A stretch of 64,000 nt of DNA from an uncultured delta proteobacterium (GCA_963847445.1 CAWJZV010000003.1:1-64000), one strand, 5' to 3'. Counted from the stretch's first letter, positions 1-10,089 are shown. The notes: generated from the letters alone by a model not told the origin. Translations and numbers: made by a program.

Positions 1-395
1 AGTGAATATGCCCGCTGATCACGGTCGTTTGAGCTCGATTAGATTTTACGGCGGCGTCTTTTATCTGTGCATACAGCTCCGGACTCTCATTAAATTCGTT
101 GCGCGTATCGTTAAAGGATTGCTTGGTGGCGCCGACAGCTTCGCCGAGCGTTTCCCGGTCGCGCTCATGGATTGTATTGTTTGCTTTTGTCGATCGCGCT
201 ACGCGCAAGCTCGCTAACCTCTGGGTGCGACGTTCTAGCGCTTTGTGGCTCTTATAGGTGTTTCTCGAATTACGCGTGACGCATATCTTGATCCGCACAG
301 GGCGCGAATAAAAGGCTAACTACGGCGCCGATCGCGACACCTAACAACAAGAGTTGCTTTACTGTTTCTTTAGCTTTCATCTCGTGGTTCTTCAT
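1..395 (-). pseudogene. Degenerate YtxH-like (general stress) gene remnant
   Basis: Minus strand from ATG at 395 reads MKNHEMKAKETVKQLLLLGVAIGAVVSLLFAP, the YtxH-type N-terminal motif. Stops and frameshifts follow, then helical A/K/E-rich fragments running off the window edge. Confidence 0.4.
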
Positions 396-740
396 TGGCT
401 TGCGCCTCTGATTAGTATTTATAAATAAACATGAAGCAGGAAGGATCGCAGACTACTTAAATCTACAATCCTTCAAGGGCTTCGCTTGTGGGTTTTTTAG
501 CACGCGCCCGACTTGATTTATCTCTCTACCTTATCCGCCCAATCGGTGACGCGGCGTTCCGCTTCATCTTTACTCAAGCAAAAGCATTTGGCGAGGCGAC
601 AAGTAGCAATGAGGTTAATACTACCGTGAGAAGTTTGTGCCTCATGAGTGCCTCCATTTCATTGTGATTGTAAGTTGCTTTAGATCCCAGCGCTAGTCGC
701 TTCTCTCCGACCTCCGACCCCCGACTGCAATCATTGAAAG

Positions 741-800
741 TGACCCTCGGCGGTCACCCAAAACCGGCCATTAATGGTCACCTCAAAACCGGCCATTAAA
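741..800 (+). repeat. IS21 left end: two tandem ~25-bp repeats (GGTCACC(T)CAAAACCGGCCATTAA)
   Basis: Directly visible tandem repeat; reverse complement of the right-end repeats. Confidence 0.9.
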
Positions 801-859
801 TCACGGTAGAAGCGTGCGAGACATTGACGGCGTAGCGAAGGCAATTAGCCTCGCGTGCC

Positions 860-2479
860 ATGAGCAATGTCTTGAACGAAGAAAAACAACAACAAGTACT
901 CGTCCTTGGGCGACTGCAGTGGTCGCTGCGGCGCATCGAGGAACATACCGGTGTTCGCCGAGAGACCGTCAGTGCGTATCTCAAAGCGGCTGGGATCGCT
1001 GTTCGCGGCCGTGGTCGCCCGGGCCGGCGAGAAGTCTCAAGTCCAACCCCTGAGCCAGTGACCCATTGGACCGCGGCAAAACCGGCCAATGAGGTGACCA
1101 CCGACTCTGGAGTACAAACTCCAGATAAACAGCAAGCCTCATCGAGGAATCCAAGTCGCTCTGCCAGTGCCTGCGAACCGTATCGCGAGAGCATCGAGCT
1201 TTGGTTGAGCCGTGGACGCAACGCCACAGCCATCTGGCAAGACCTGGTCGATCAGCACGGCTACAGCGGCGGCTATCAAACAGTCAAACGTTTCGTCCGT
1301 AAGCTGCACGGCATTCACTGCCCTCAAGCCGTCGGTATTATTCTGACGGCACCTGGCGAAGAAGCCCAGGTCGACTACGGCACCGGTCCGATGGTGCGTG
1401 ACGAGCAAAGCGGCAAGTACCGACGCACTCGGCTGTTCGTGTTGACTCTGGGTTACAGCCGCAAGTCGGTCCGCTTGCTGGTGTTGCGTTCCAGTTCCCA
1501 GGTCTGGGCCGAGCTCCACGAGAAAGCTTTTCGCCGTTTGGGCGGCACCACGCGCGTCGTGGTGCTCGACAATTTGCGCGAAGGCGTGCTCAAGGCCGAC
1601 ATCTACGATCCCACCCTCAATCCACTGTACCGCGATGTGCTGTCGCACTACGGCGTGGTGGCGATGCCATGCCGGGTCCGTGATCCCGATCGCAAAGGCA
1701 AAGTTGAAGCCGGCGTCGGACACGCCCAGAAAACCCCGCTCAAGGGTCAGCGCTTCGAGAGCTTGGAGGAGGCCCAAGCTTATCTCGATCACTGGGAGAA
1801 GCGCTGGGCCGATACCCGCATCCACGGCACCACCAAACGACAAGTATCGGCCATGTTCGCCGAGGAAAAACCATTCTTACAGACGTTGCCGATCGAGCCG
1901 TTTCGCTATTACCAGTACGGCGAGCGGGTGGTCCACCTCGACAACTGTGTCGAAGTCGAGCGGGCCTATTACGGCTTACCGCCGGGCTGGATCGGCCACG
2001 AGGTCAAAGTCCAATGGGATGCTCTGCATGTGCGTATCCTCGATCCCAAGAATTATCAGCTCTTGCGCGAACACCTGCGCCAGTTCCCCGGCAACTACAG
2101 TATCAACGACGAGGATCGCTCTAAGAAAACTCCGCTCAGCACCGTGCAACTGTTGGCCCGCGCCGCCAAGGCCGGCACCCACATCGGCCAGCTCTGCGAA
2201 GCCATTTACCGCAACGAAGCCGAGCTCGGCATCCGCCGCATTCTGGGCGTTGTGGCGCTGGCCAAGAAATACGGCGTGGCTGCCGTCGACGATGCCTGCG
2301 CTGCGGCCCTCGATCTGGGCGTGGAGAACTACCGATTCGTGCGCCGCTATCTGGAGCGCCGCCCCCAGCTCTCTCTGCGCCATGTCGATCCGCTGATCCG
2401 TAGTCTCACCGAGTATCGTGACCTGATCAACCGCAAAACCCAACACAACGAAAAGGAGAATCAAAATGAATCTGATTGA
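860..2479 (+). CDS. istA: IS21 transposase IstA (DDE/rve domain)
   Basis: N-terminal HTH, GEEAQVDYG, VVLDNL, KGKVE, RIHGTT motifs typical of IstA. Confidence 0.95.
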   Translation: MSNVLNEEKQQQVLVLGRLQWSLRRIEEHTGVRRETVSAYLKAAGIAVRGRGRPGRREVSSPTPEPVTHWTAAKPANEVTTDSGVQTPDKQQASSRNPSRSASACEPYRESIELWLSRGRNATAIWQDLVDQHGYSGGYQTVKRFVRKLHGIHCPQAVGIILTAPGEEAQVDYGTGPMVRDEQSGKYRRTRLFVLTLGYSRKSVRLLVLRSSSQVWAELHEKAFRRLGGTTRVVVLDNLREGVLKADIYDPTLNPLYRDVLSHYGVVAMPCRVRDPDRKGKVEAGVGHAQKTPLKGQRFESLEEAQAYLDHWEKRWADTRIHGTTKRQVSAMFAEEKPFLQTLPIEPFRYYQYGERVVHLDNCVEVERAYYGLPPGWIGHEVKVQWDALHVRILDPKNYQLLREHLRQFPGNYSINDEDRSKKTPLSTVQLLARAAKAGTHIGQLCEAIYRNEAELGIRRILGVVALAKKYGVAAVDDACAAALDLGVENYRFVRRYLERRPQLSLRHVDPLIRSLTEYRDLINRKTQHNEKENQNESD

Positions 2480-3221
2480 ACTCAACCGAGCCTTAAAACA
2501 ACTGCGTTTGGGCGGTATGGCGGCCGTCTTGGAAACCCGCTTACTCCAGGCTCAGGCCCAATCGATGGCCCCCATCGATCTGATCTCCTGTCTGATCTCC
2601 GATGAGCTATCTCGTCGTAGTAACCGCCTGCTTGAACGGCGCCAAAAGCAAGCGCAGTTTCGAGACCCGCAGAAAACCTTGGACAACTTCGACTTTACCT
2701 TCAATAAAAAACTCAACCGTAGTCTTGTCTTCGATCTGGCTTCGGCTGGCTTCATCGCTAAACACGAAGATGCCCTTTTTTTAGGTCCGCCCGGCACTGG
2801 CAAGAGCCACTTGGCCCAGGCCATCGGTCTGGCCGCCATCCAACAGAACTACCGCGTGCTCTACCGTGAAACCCATTCGCTTCTCGATGAGATCGCTGAA
2901 GCCACCATCGACGGCTCGCGCAAGCAGCACATGGAGCTTCTGGCCACCGTGCCGCTGCTCATTATCGATGATCTCGGCATGCGGAAACTCCCATCGACAG
3001 CGGCTGAGGATCTGTTGGAGATCGTCATGCGCCGCTATGAGCGGGCCAGCACTTTGATGACTTCCAATCGCCCGGTGGAGGACTGGGGGAAATTACTCGG
3101 CGACAGCGCGGCCGTCAGTGCCATGCTTGACCGGCTATTGCATCACGGCCATGTCCTAAAATGCGGTCCCCGCAGTTGGAGAACCAAAATGGACTTGCCT
3201 GACCAGGAGGCAAAAAGCTAA
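2466..3221 (+). CDS. istB: IS21 helper AAA+ ATPase IstB
   Basis: Walker A GPPGTGKS, Walker B LLIIDDLG, TSNR, LDRLLHH; overlaps the istA 3' end. Confidence 0.96.
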   Translation: MNLIELNRALKQLRLGGMAAVLETRLLQAQAQSMAPIDLISCLISDELSRRSNRLLERRQKQAQFRDPQKTLDNFDFTFNKKLNRSLVFDLASAGFIAKHEDALFLGPPGTGKSHLAQAIGLAAIQQNYRVLYRETHSLLDEIAEATIDGSRKQHMELLATVPLLIIDDLGMRKLPSTAAEDLLEIVMRRYERASTLMTSNRPVEDWGKLLGDSAAVSAMLDRLLHHGHVLKCGPRSWRTKMDLPDQEAKS

Positions 3222-3248
3222 AACTATCCTGTCTCACACGCTTCCGTT

Positions 3249-3334
3249 TAATGGCCGCTTTTGAAGTGACCACTAATGGCCGCTTTTGAGGTGACCACTA
3301 ATGGCCGCTTTTGAGGTGACCATTGAGGGCGACA
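3249..3334 (-). repeat. IS21 right end: three tandem 25-bp repeats (TAATGGCCGCTTTTGA(A/G)GTGACCA(C/T))
   Basis: Three near-identical contiguous copies with no spacers. Confidence 0.92.
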
Positions 3335-3846
3335 AAGCCCTTCAGTACCCCCAAAATAATACTAGGCGTTGAGCATCCCCCGGTAACGGAAGATAACTGT
3401 CCTGAGTTAAAAGCTGTACTTGAAGCGGTTGAGATCAGGCACCGCCTCACTCATATATCCCCCAAACGTGAACTTGACCGAGTGCTTTCGGATGAACAAG
3501 CGTCGCTGTATTCCGTCCGTGTTTCAGACGTGGAACACATAGTGGACTCTTGTATCACGCTCGAGTACGAAAATAGACGTGCTAACTCATGGAGAGACGC
3601 TGCGACTTCATTGGCTTCATGACCGAACACCGGAGGGACCTTTTCCAACCGCCGTATTTGATTGACTTCGACTCCCACCGGGATCGTCTGGCTGGCCTGT
3701 TCCGGCGGCCATGGGCCAGGCCTCTCAATCTAAACAATTCAACAATTCAGGCTCCTCGCAAAGGCAAGCGTTTGGAGTCGACTGATTTTCTGCGATGCGG
3801 TGTGATCGCGCGTGTTTCTTTTTCTCCAGCCATGTTCCCATCTGGT

Positions 3847-3945
3847 TACCGATTCAGAGTCGACGGCGCATCTGCCACCGGGAGCGAATAGCTCGTGCTG
3901 CGCCCGCCGCCTCGGTCCTTGGCAAGAACTCCGCGTTCAACCAGG
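3847..3945 (-). pseudogene. C-terminal remnant of a Fic/DUF4172-family gene
   Basis: Minus strand reads LVERGVLAKDRGGGRSTSYSL, resembling the GGRSTSY C-terminus of Fic/DUF4172 proteins; no upstream gene body. Confidence 0.5.
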
Positions 3946-4095
3946 GAGGGGGGGGCTGCGAACATTTCGCGAGGCTGATGGAGCAAGGGGCGAGCAAGGG
4001 TCAGACTTTTACTTCTAGACTTTTTTGCTTTTTGTTTCGTTCATCCTGCACAGGCACTTTGGAATTCAACTCCACAACTTCTTGCTCGCGATGCC

Positions 4096-4190
4096 GTTCA
4101 AAACGTTCAACCGCTTCGCTCCGTTCAAAGCGTTAAACGGAGTCGGCTTTAGACGACTAGAACCATTGGAACGTTTGGAACGGCCGGAAC
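4096..4190. repeat. Short degenerate GTTCAA / TTGGAAC repeat tract in inverted arrangement
   Basis: gttcaaaacgttcaaccgcttcgctccgttcaaagcg ... ctagaaccattggaacgtttggaacggccggaac. A related fragment (aaacgttcaaaagttcaa) lies near 29005-29022. Confidence 0.6.
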
Positions 4191-4198
4191 TAGTTCTG

Positions 4199-6190
4199 CT
4201 AACACTCTCTTGCCTTACTTGTTGCCTCGCTAACTTCAGTAAGTAGTCTCTCTGCCTCTTCGTTCGACATGGCCTGCAGCGTAATCAGGATTTGGTCCAA
4301 CTCTTCCTGAGTCGCAAGCTGTGGCAAATTACTTTCAATGAGGACCGCCATCTCTACCACCGTGGGCGAATCGAAGAGTGCTCTGGGAGACAGATCGACC
4401 CGAAATGTTTGGATAACCTGGGAGATAACACGAATTGCCGCGAGCGAATGTCCACCAAGATCGAGAAAGTTATCGTGGACACCGACTTGATCGAGCGACA
4501 GAACATCGCTCCAAATTTTAGCGATATCCCTCTCAAGCGAAGTTCTGGGCGCGATAAAGGGCGTATCCATTTCCGGCCGCGCATTGCCCGGTTCTGGAAG
4601 CGCCTTTCGGTCTACCTTCTCAGTCGGAGTTAAGGGGATCGTATCAAGCATGACGAACCGCGAAGGGATCATGTGGTCGGGCAAAGTGGCGGCCAGAGCT
4701 TTTCTAAGAGCGCTGGACGTCGGCGCGGGCCGTTTCTCCGGCTCGACATAAGCGACCAGTGATTTCTCGTCTGAACCACGGTCCCTTAGGGTGACGACTG
4801 CTTTCCTAAAATATCCGAGGTTCAGCAAAGCTGCTTCAATCTCGGCAACCTCGACTCTGTGTCCTCTGACTTTGATTTGGTCATCCTTTCGCCCCAGGTG
4901 AAATAAGCAGCCGTCGTGTTCGATGCGCCCTAGATCGCCTGTGCGATAGATTCGTTGCTCGCCGCCGGCCGGATCAGCGCGGAATCTCTCATCGGTCATT
5001 TGCGGCCGGCGCCAATAGCCACAGGCAAGATACTTGCTCGTAACGGCGATTTCTCCGATCTCACCGGGTCCTACTGGATTACCCCCGTCGTCAAGCAGCA
5101 TGATCTCCACGTCTTCGGCGGGATAACCGATCGGAGCGATCTCGCCCGCGAGTTGGGTGTCGCGACTAATGAAGAACTGCGTGATATTTCCGGCTTCGGT
5201 GCTGGACATCAAAATTCCGATTACACAATCGCGAGGAAAGATTTTCTTGTACAGCTCAACATCGCGCCGATATACGATCTCGCCGCCGAGGGACACCAGC
5301 CTCAGACTCGGAAACGATTGGTGACTGAAGCTGCGCGTGAAATCCCGTATTCGACCTATACCGAAAGCCGTGATTGATTCGCTGACGACTAAATCCACTA
5401 AGGCCCGGATCCCTTGTCGCTTTAGGTCGAGAGGAAAAAGGCATGCGCCGTTGAGAAGTGCTGGAAAGATCCTCCTCACTGAGGCGCTCGCACTGCACGA
5501 ATGAGTGAAACTGAGCCGGTCTTCAGCACAGATATGCAGGCCATTGGTGAATCGGAGTGTCCCATGCAGCAAATTGCGGTGATTATCGACCACTCCTTTG
5601 GGCTGTCCGGTGGATCCCGAAGTGTAGAAGATCGACGTGAAGGCTCCGGGAGTTATTTTCACGCTCACGTCGTCATGACGAGAACCCGCAGCGACCTCGT
5701 CGACATCAATGACAGCAACGTCCTCGCTACCCATTTGACGAGCCAGGGAAAGAGTTTCACGATGCGCCACAACGAGTTCGGCCTTGGAGTCGAAGAACAT
5801 GTATTGAAGTCTTTCCACAGGATAGGAAGGATCCAGCGGGACGTAGATCTTGCCTGCCTTGAGTGCGGCGACAATAGCCACCAGGATAGAGGTGCCATGT
5901 TCCATCAGAATCGCTACCGGAAGGTTGCGTTCGCCGCACCTGTCCAAGATTGCGTGAGCCAGGCGATTTGCCCGTTGATTTAGTTCCGCGTAGCTAACAG
6001 CCTGTCCACCTTCCTTAATTGCTATCCGATCCGGATATCGCTTCACTATCTTCTCAAAACGCTCGGGGATCGACTGCTCGACCTCCTCTTTTGTGAACTC
6101 CTCGAACCGCCCCGATGGATGGAAACAGTTCGCTCGAATGGCTAACTGCTCCGGGGGAAGCTTTGTGTCGGTGCGTAGAAACTTGCTCAT
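4199..6190 (-). CDS. Stand-alone NRPS-like adenylation-thiolation (A-PCP) didomain protein
   Basis: YTSGSTGQPKG (A3), YRTGDLG (A7), GRKDDQIKVRGHRVE (A8), PCP FLDLGGHSL and a C-terminal acidic helical tail. Start uncertain (ORF extends to 6247). Confidence 0.9.
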   Translation of the reverse strand: MSKFLRTDTKLPPEQLAIRANCFHPSGRFEEFTKEEVEQSIPERFEKIVKRYPDRIAIKEGGQAVSYAELNQRANRLAHAILDRCGERNLPVAILMEHGTSILVAIVAALKAGKIYVPLDPSYPVERLQYMFFDSKAELVVAHRETLSLARQMGSEDVAVIDVDEVAAGSRHDDVSVKITPGAFTSIFYTSGSTGQPKGVVDNHRNLLHGTLRFTNGLHICAEDRLSFTHSCSASASVRRIFPALLNGACLFPLDLKRQGIRALVDLVVSESITAFGIGRIRDFTRSFSHQSFPSLRLVSLGGEIVYRRDVELYKKIFPRDCVIGILMSSTEAGNITQFFISRDTQLAGEIAPIGYPAEDVEIMLLDDGGNPVGPGEIGEIAVTSKYLACGYWRRPQMTDERFRADPAGGEQRIYRTGDLGRIEHDGCLFHLGRKDDQIKVRGHRVEVAEIEAALLNLGYFRKAVVTLRDRGSDEKSLVAYVEPEKRPAPTSSALRKALAATLPDHMIPSRFVMLDTIPLTPTEKVDRKALPEPGNARPEMDTPFIAPRTSLERDIAKIWSDVLSLDQVGVHDNFLDLGGHSLAAIRVISQVIQTFRVDLSPRALFDSPTVVEMAVLIESNLPQLATQEELDQILITLQAMSNEEAERLLTEVSEATSKAREC

Positions 6191-6396
6191 ATCAAAGTTG
6201 ATTATAGACTGTTCGCCGGTAAAATTGGTCCGGTAGGCTTCACCCAATCAATTTTAGATTACGACCAAATCAGAAAACGCCCTCGCTTTTGGACCTGTTC
6301 GAAACGCGGATTCGCTTACAGAGACTATCACGAACAGGCACGCAAATAGCCGTAATCTCCACGGCTGCGAAAAACAATTCGTTCTTCCCTCCCACT

Positions 6397-7608
6397 TCAA
6401 GTGCGGGCTTCGCTCATGCTCAGAGCTGCGGCGATGGGCTTGCCTGAGATTGAGCTATAGACGAGCGCCGCGGAGGCCAGGAAAATAACCCCCATGACGA
6501 TCATAAAACCGTCGTAGCTGCCGGTCATGTCGTAGGCGAGGCTCGCCAGCATCGGGCCTCCGGCGGAGCCGATCTGGTGGACGATGAAACTCAAGCCCAG
6601 GATGACTCCCGCCATCCTCGGTCCGACAAGCTCGTAGAACATGACATTTTGCACCGCAATCGTGCCGAAGGTGGGTCCCATTGCGAGCGCCACGACGGCG
6701 TAGAAGACCAGCTCGTTCGGCATATCGAGAGCAAGGATCAATGTGCCCAAGCCGCGCACAAGGTAGGTGAGGGCGAGCACTTGCGCCCGGCCATAACGGT
6801 CCGAGAGCCAGCCGAAAAACAGCGCCGATGCCGCCGCCGCTCCGCCGAAAACGCCGACGGCGATGGCTCCGGTGGCGGCATCGAAGCCTTTGCTCAAGGC
6901 GATCGCCACGAGATGCACGGTCTGAAACAAACCTACGCCGCAGGAAAATCGCGCCGCGAACATCATGATCATCGAACGATCGCGCAGGTAGGGAAGGCAG
7001 CTTGCCCAAGTCGCTCGATCGCGCCGGCTGGTCGAGGCATCGACCGGATCGCGCGCGCCGAGCCATCCCAAGGGAAATGCCACCGCCAGCAGCAAGACAC
7101 CGCTGGCCAGTGCCGCGGCGCGCCAATCGAACCGTTCGATCAAGAAGTAAAGCAACGGCGAAAAGAACAGCGGGCTCAGCGGCGAGGCGGTCTGTATGAC
7201 GCTAACGGCGAGCCCGCGACGATTGGCCTCGTAGTGCTTGGCGACCAGCAGCGAGATGATCACCAATCCGCAGGCTCCTTTGGCCAGGCCGACCATGATG
7301 CCGTAGAAGAGCGACAGCTGCCATAAATTTTGCGAATAGCCCATGCCGAAAAAGCCGGCCGCCATGAGCAGAACCCCTGGAAGAATGACGCGGCGCGCGC
7401 CCAGGTCGTCGGCCCATTTACCAAAGAGGACGCCGCCTACTCCCCAGCCGAGCATGCCGAACATGTACGGCAGCGTGGCGGTCGTGCGCGACCAGCCGAA
7501 TTCCGCCTCGATGGGTCGCAGAAACAGGCTGAACGAATTCATGCCGATCGATGTGATGGTTACGACGCCGGCGCAGAGGAGCAGAACTATATTGCGGGAG
7601 AGCGGCAT
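6397..7608 (-). CDS. MFS transporter (OFA/MCT-like)
   Basis: About 12 hydrophobic segments; GKWADDLGAR and GWLSDRYGR motif-A copies. Confidence 0.9.
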   Translation of the reverse strand: MPLSRNIVLLLCAGVVTITSIGMNSFSLFLRPIEAEFGWSRTTATLPYMFGMLGWGVGGVLFGKWADDLGARRVILPGVLLMAAGFFGMGYSQNLWQLSLFYGIMVGLAKGACGLVIISLLVAKHYEANRRGLAVSVIQTASPLSPLFFSPLLYFLIERFDWRAAALASGVLLLAVAFPLGWLGARDPVDASTSRRDRATWASCLPYLRDRSMIMMFAARFSCGVGLFQTVHLVAIALSKGFDAATGAIAVGVFGGAAAASALFFGWLSDRYGRAQVLALTYLVRGLGTLILALDMPNELVFYAVVALAMGPTFGTIAVQNVMFYELVGPRMAGVILGLSFIVHQIGSAGGPMLASLAYDMTGSYDGFMIVMGVIFLASAALVYSSISGKPIAAALSMSEART

Positions 7609-7759
7609 GGCGGTAGCAGCGCGATCTTGCCACCTATGGCAGATCAACCGGGAAATCACCACAGAACGGCGCGAAAATTTCGCCGTGGCGTGAAGCTTAA
7701 GTTCGCTTGACTGCCGGCTTGGTCTCCGCAATAAAGGGTTCGAACCGAAGGAGCAGAAT

Positions 7760-8260
7760 ATGCAACGAGAAGTGGCGGCGGAGATCGTCGATTCACTGAA
7801 AGAGGCGGGGGTCGATTTTGTCGCGACGCTGACGGAAGCGAACCTGCACGATCTGGTGATTGCGCTCGGCGAAGATTCGGCGATTCATCACGTGCCGGTA
7901 ACCCGCGAGGAAGAGGGCATCGGCATCTGCGCCGGCGCCTACCTCGGCGGCAAACGGCCGGCGATGGTGATGATGAACGCGGGATTTTTATTGTCGACCA
8001 ACGCTTTGGCGACGGTCTGCATCCATCCGGGGATACCGGTGTTGATGTTGATCGGCCACAGCGGCGGTGTCGGCGAGGAAAATGCCGGCCACGCCACGGT
8101 CGGCGCTCTGACCGAGCCGGTGCTGCAGGCCATGCATATCGTTTACGAGAAAGTCGGCCGCTTCGAGGAGATCCGCCCGACTATTCGCGATAGTCAGATG
8201 CTCGCGCGCTCGTCGCGCCGGCCAACGGCCATTGTCCTCAACAAACAAGCCCTGAGGTAA
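7760..8260 (+). CDS. comD: Sulfopyruvate/phosphonopyruvate decarboxylase alpha-like subunit (TPP Pyr domain)
   Basis: TREEEGIGICAGAYLGGKRP motif; paired with the beta subunit. Confidence 0.8.
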   Translation: MQREVAAEIVDSLKEAGVDFVATLTEANLHDLVIALGEDSAIHHVPVTREEEGIGICAGAYLGGKRPAMVMMNAGFLLSTNALATVCIHPGIPVLMLIGHSGGVGEENAGHATVGALTEPVLQAMHIVYEKVGRFEEIRPTIRDSQMLARSSRRPTAIVLNKQALR

Positions 8261-8264
8261 CTCG

Positions 8265-8876
8265 ATGAAAAGATATGACTGTCTGCGCGCCATCGCGCCG
8301 CACTTCGGCGACGAGCTGGTGGTCACCAACCTGGGCGCCGTGCGCCACGAATGGCAAGCCCTGCGACCGCACCACGGCAACTACCATTTGCAAAATCTCG
8401 GTCTGACGTCGTCCATGGCGCTCGGATTGGCCCTGGCTCTGCCGCACCGCAAAGTCGTCGCATTCGACGGCGACGGCTCGCTGCTGCTCAATCTCGGCAG
8501 CCTGGCGACCATCGCCAATCAACATCCGAAGAACCTGGTTCACGTCGTCTTCGACAATGAATGCTATGAGTCGTCCCGCGGCGCGCCGACGGCGACGGCG
8601 GGGCAGGCCGACCTGGCCGCCATCGCGCGAGGCTGCGGCATCGCCAACGTGCTGACGGCGCAGACCCTCGATGAATTCGAAAATGGTTTCATGCGCGCCT
8701 TCAAGAGTAACGATCTCTATTTCATTCACGCGAAGGTCGAAGAGGGAGCGGGCGATGTGCCGGCGGCTGCGTTGGACTCGCAGGAAAACAAATATCTGTT
8801 CGTGCGCTACATAGAGAAAAGCGAAAACATAAAAATCCTCACCTCGACGCTGTCGCGAGCGGGCGCAACGCGCTAA
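8265..8876 (+). CDS. comE: Sulfopyruvate/phosphonopyruvate decarboxylase beta-like subunit (TPP-binding)
   Basis: DGDGSLLLNLG...DN TPP-binding motif; 4 bp after the alpha subunit. Confidence 0.8.
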   Translation: MKRYDCLRAIAPHFGDELVVTNLGAVRHEWQALRPHHGNYHLQNLGLTSSMALGLALALPHRKVVAFDGDGSLLLNLGSLATIANQHPKNLVHVVFDNECYESSRGAPTATAGQADLAAIARGCGIANVLTAQTLDEFENGFMRAFKSNDLYFIHAKVEEGAGDVPAAALDSQENKYLFVRYIEKSENIKILTSTLSRAGATR

Positions 8877-9027
8877 AATAGGAAGTCGACTCGCCGCATT
8901 GGCGCTTGTCGCTGGAAATTTTCCGAATACCATGCACATTTTCGTAATCATTTAGCGTGTCGTCCGGCAAATTTCAAAATTTCACGTCGTCACGACTCCC
9001 AACCCGGCCAAGAAAGGCAGACCAAAG

Positions 9028-10089
9028 ATGAGACTCTCCGCTGCGATCTCTTTCTCACTATCACTGCTGTCGATTGGGTTCTTGCTGCCCGGCTCGGCAC
9101 TGGCGCAGGCGCCCTACTACGAGGGGAAAACCATCACGATCGTGAACGGGCGAAGCGCGGGCGGAGCCGGAGATCTGAAAGTCAGAGCCCTCGTGCCATT
9201 TCTTAGAAAACACATTCCCGGAAATCCGACCATCGTCTCTGAATACATGGCTGGCGGCGGCGGTCGCCAGGCAGCAAACCACCTTTACCACAAAGTGCGG
9301 CGCGACGGATTGGTCATTGGCAGCCTGTCGAGCACGCTTGCGGAATCCGCGATTCTTGGTTCCGGCGGAGTCCTGTATGACATCGACAAGTTTATTTATC
9401 TGGGGTCGGTGTCCACTACTTCCCAATATGTTTTTCTTACGCGTAAAGAAGCCGGGCTAGACACTTTAGAAAAGCTGCGGAATTCTCCGGGTGTACGGAT
9501 CGCAACCAATCCAGTGGGACACACTGTGTATGTTACGGCCCGATTGATGGCGTACGTGATGGGCTTAAAAACACCCAACATCATTCCTGGCTACCCAGGT
9601 CCGGAGGGAGACGCCGCTTTAATGCGCGGAGAAGTGGACGGTCGGGTCAATATCGGCACCGCGCTGGTGCAGAGAATGTTGGAATGGCTCGAAAAAGATC
9701 TGGTAACCCTTCACGCGATCGTCAAAAGCCCCATAGACTCACCGCCGCTCCATCCTCGCTTGGCCAAACTTCCGGAACTGGGAAGTCTTAGCGAGTCTCC
9801 GCGCGATCGGCGGCTTGTGGCGATGTATCGGGGCTTCCGACAAGCGGGTATGCCCTTTGTCCTACCGCCAGATACGCCCAAGGAGCAGGCGGAGATTCTC
9901 AAAGAAGCCATGCGGAAGGCCTTCAGTGATCCTGCATTTCACAAAGAATATGAGAAGTTGACGCGAGAAGATCCCGACCCTCTTACATCCGAAGAGATTG
10001 CAAAAGTTATCCGAGAGCTGCCCAGAGACGCCGAAGTCGTCGAGCTCTACAATAAAATCACCAGTGCGGCCCCCTTACCGGCGCGATGA
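9028..10089 (+). CDS. Tripartite tricarboxylate transporter (TctC/Bug-like) substrate-binding protein
   Basis: Signal peptide; YYEGKTITIV, GGAGD, HIPGNPTIV, GYPG...ALMRGEVDG, PPDTP motifs. Confidence 0.85.
   Translation: MRLSAAISFSLSLLSIGFLLPGSALAQAPYYEGKTITIVNGRSAGGAGDLKVRALVPFLRKHIPGNPTIVSEYMAGGGGRQAANHLYHKVRRDGLVIGSLSSTLAESAILGSGGVLYDIDKFIYLGSVSTTSQYVFLTRKEAGLDTLEKLRNSPGVRIATNPVGHTVYVTARLMAYVMGLKTPNIIPGYPGPEGDAALMRGEVDGRVNIGTALVQRMLEWLEKDLVTLHAIVKSPIDSPPLHPRLAKLPELGSLSESPRDRRLVAMYRGFRQAGMPFVLPPDTPKEQAEILKEAMRKAFSDPAFHKEYEKLTREDPDPLTSEEIAKVIRELPRDAEVVELYNKITSAAPLPAR

Larger units (their letters stand above)
741..3334 (+). mobile_element. IS21-family insertion sequence (istA-istB)
   Basis: Overlapping istA/istB. 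The left end starts TGACCCTC with 2 copies of a ~25-bp unit and the right end has 3 inverted copies ending in ...GGCGACA. Exact ends are uncertain by about 2 bp; a possible short AAG target duplication. Confidence 0.93.

Noticed and set aside
520-646. Short minus-strand signal-peptide-like ORF (MRHKLLTVVLTSLLLVASPNAFA)
   Set aside because: Stops right after the signal peptide; cannot distinguish a remnant from a sequencing error.
796-2485. Long antisense and alternate-frame ORFs over istA and other genes throughout the window
   Set aside because: Expected shadow ORFs in high-GC coding DNA; no recognisable motifs.
3249-3325. Three 25-bp direct repeats resembling a mini CRISPR array
   Set aside because: No spacers and no cas genes; they are the inverted counterparts of the IS21 left-end repeats.
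3323-3622. 99-aa ORF after the IS21 right end
   Set aside because: Its start lies inside the IS end and I recognise no family; possibly a fragment of an interrupted gene, not supportable as a CDS.
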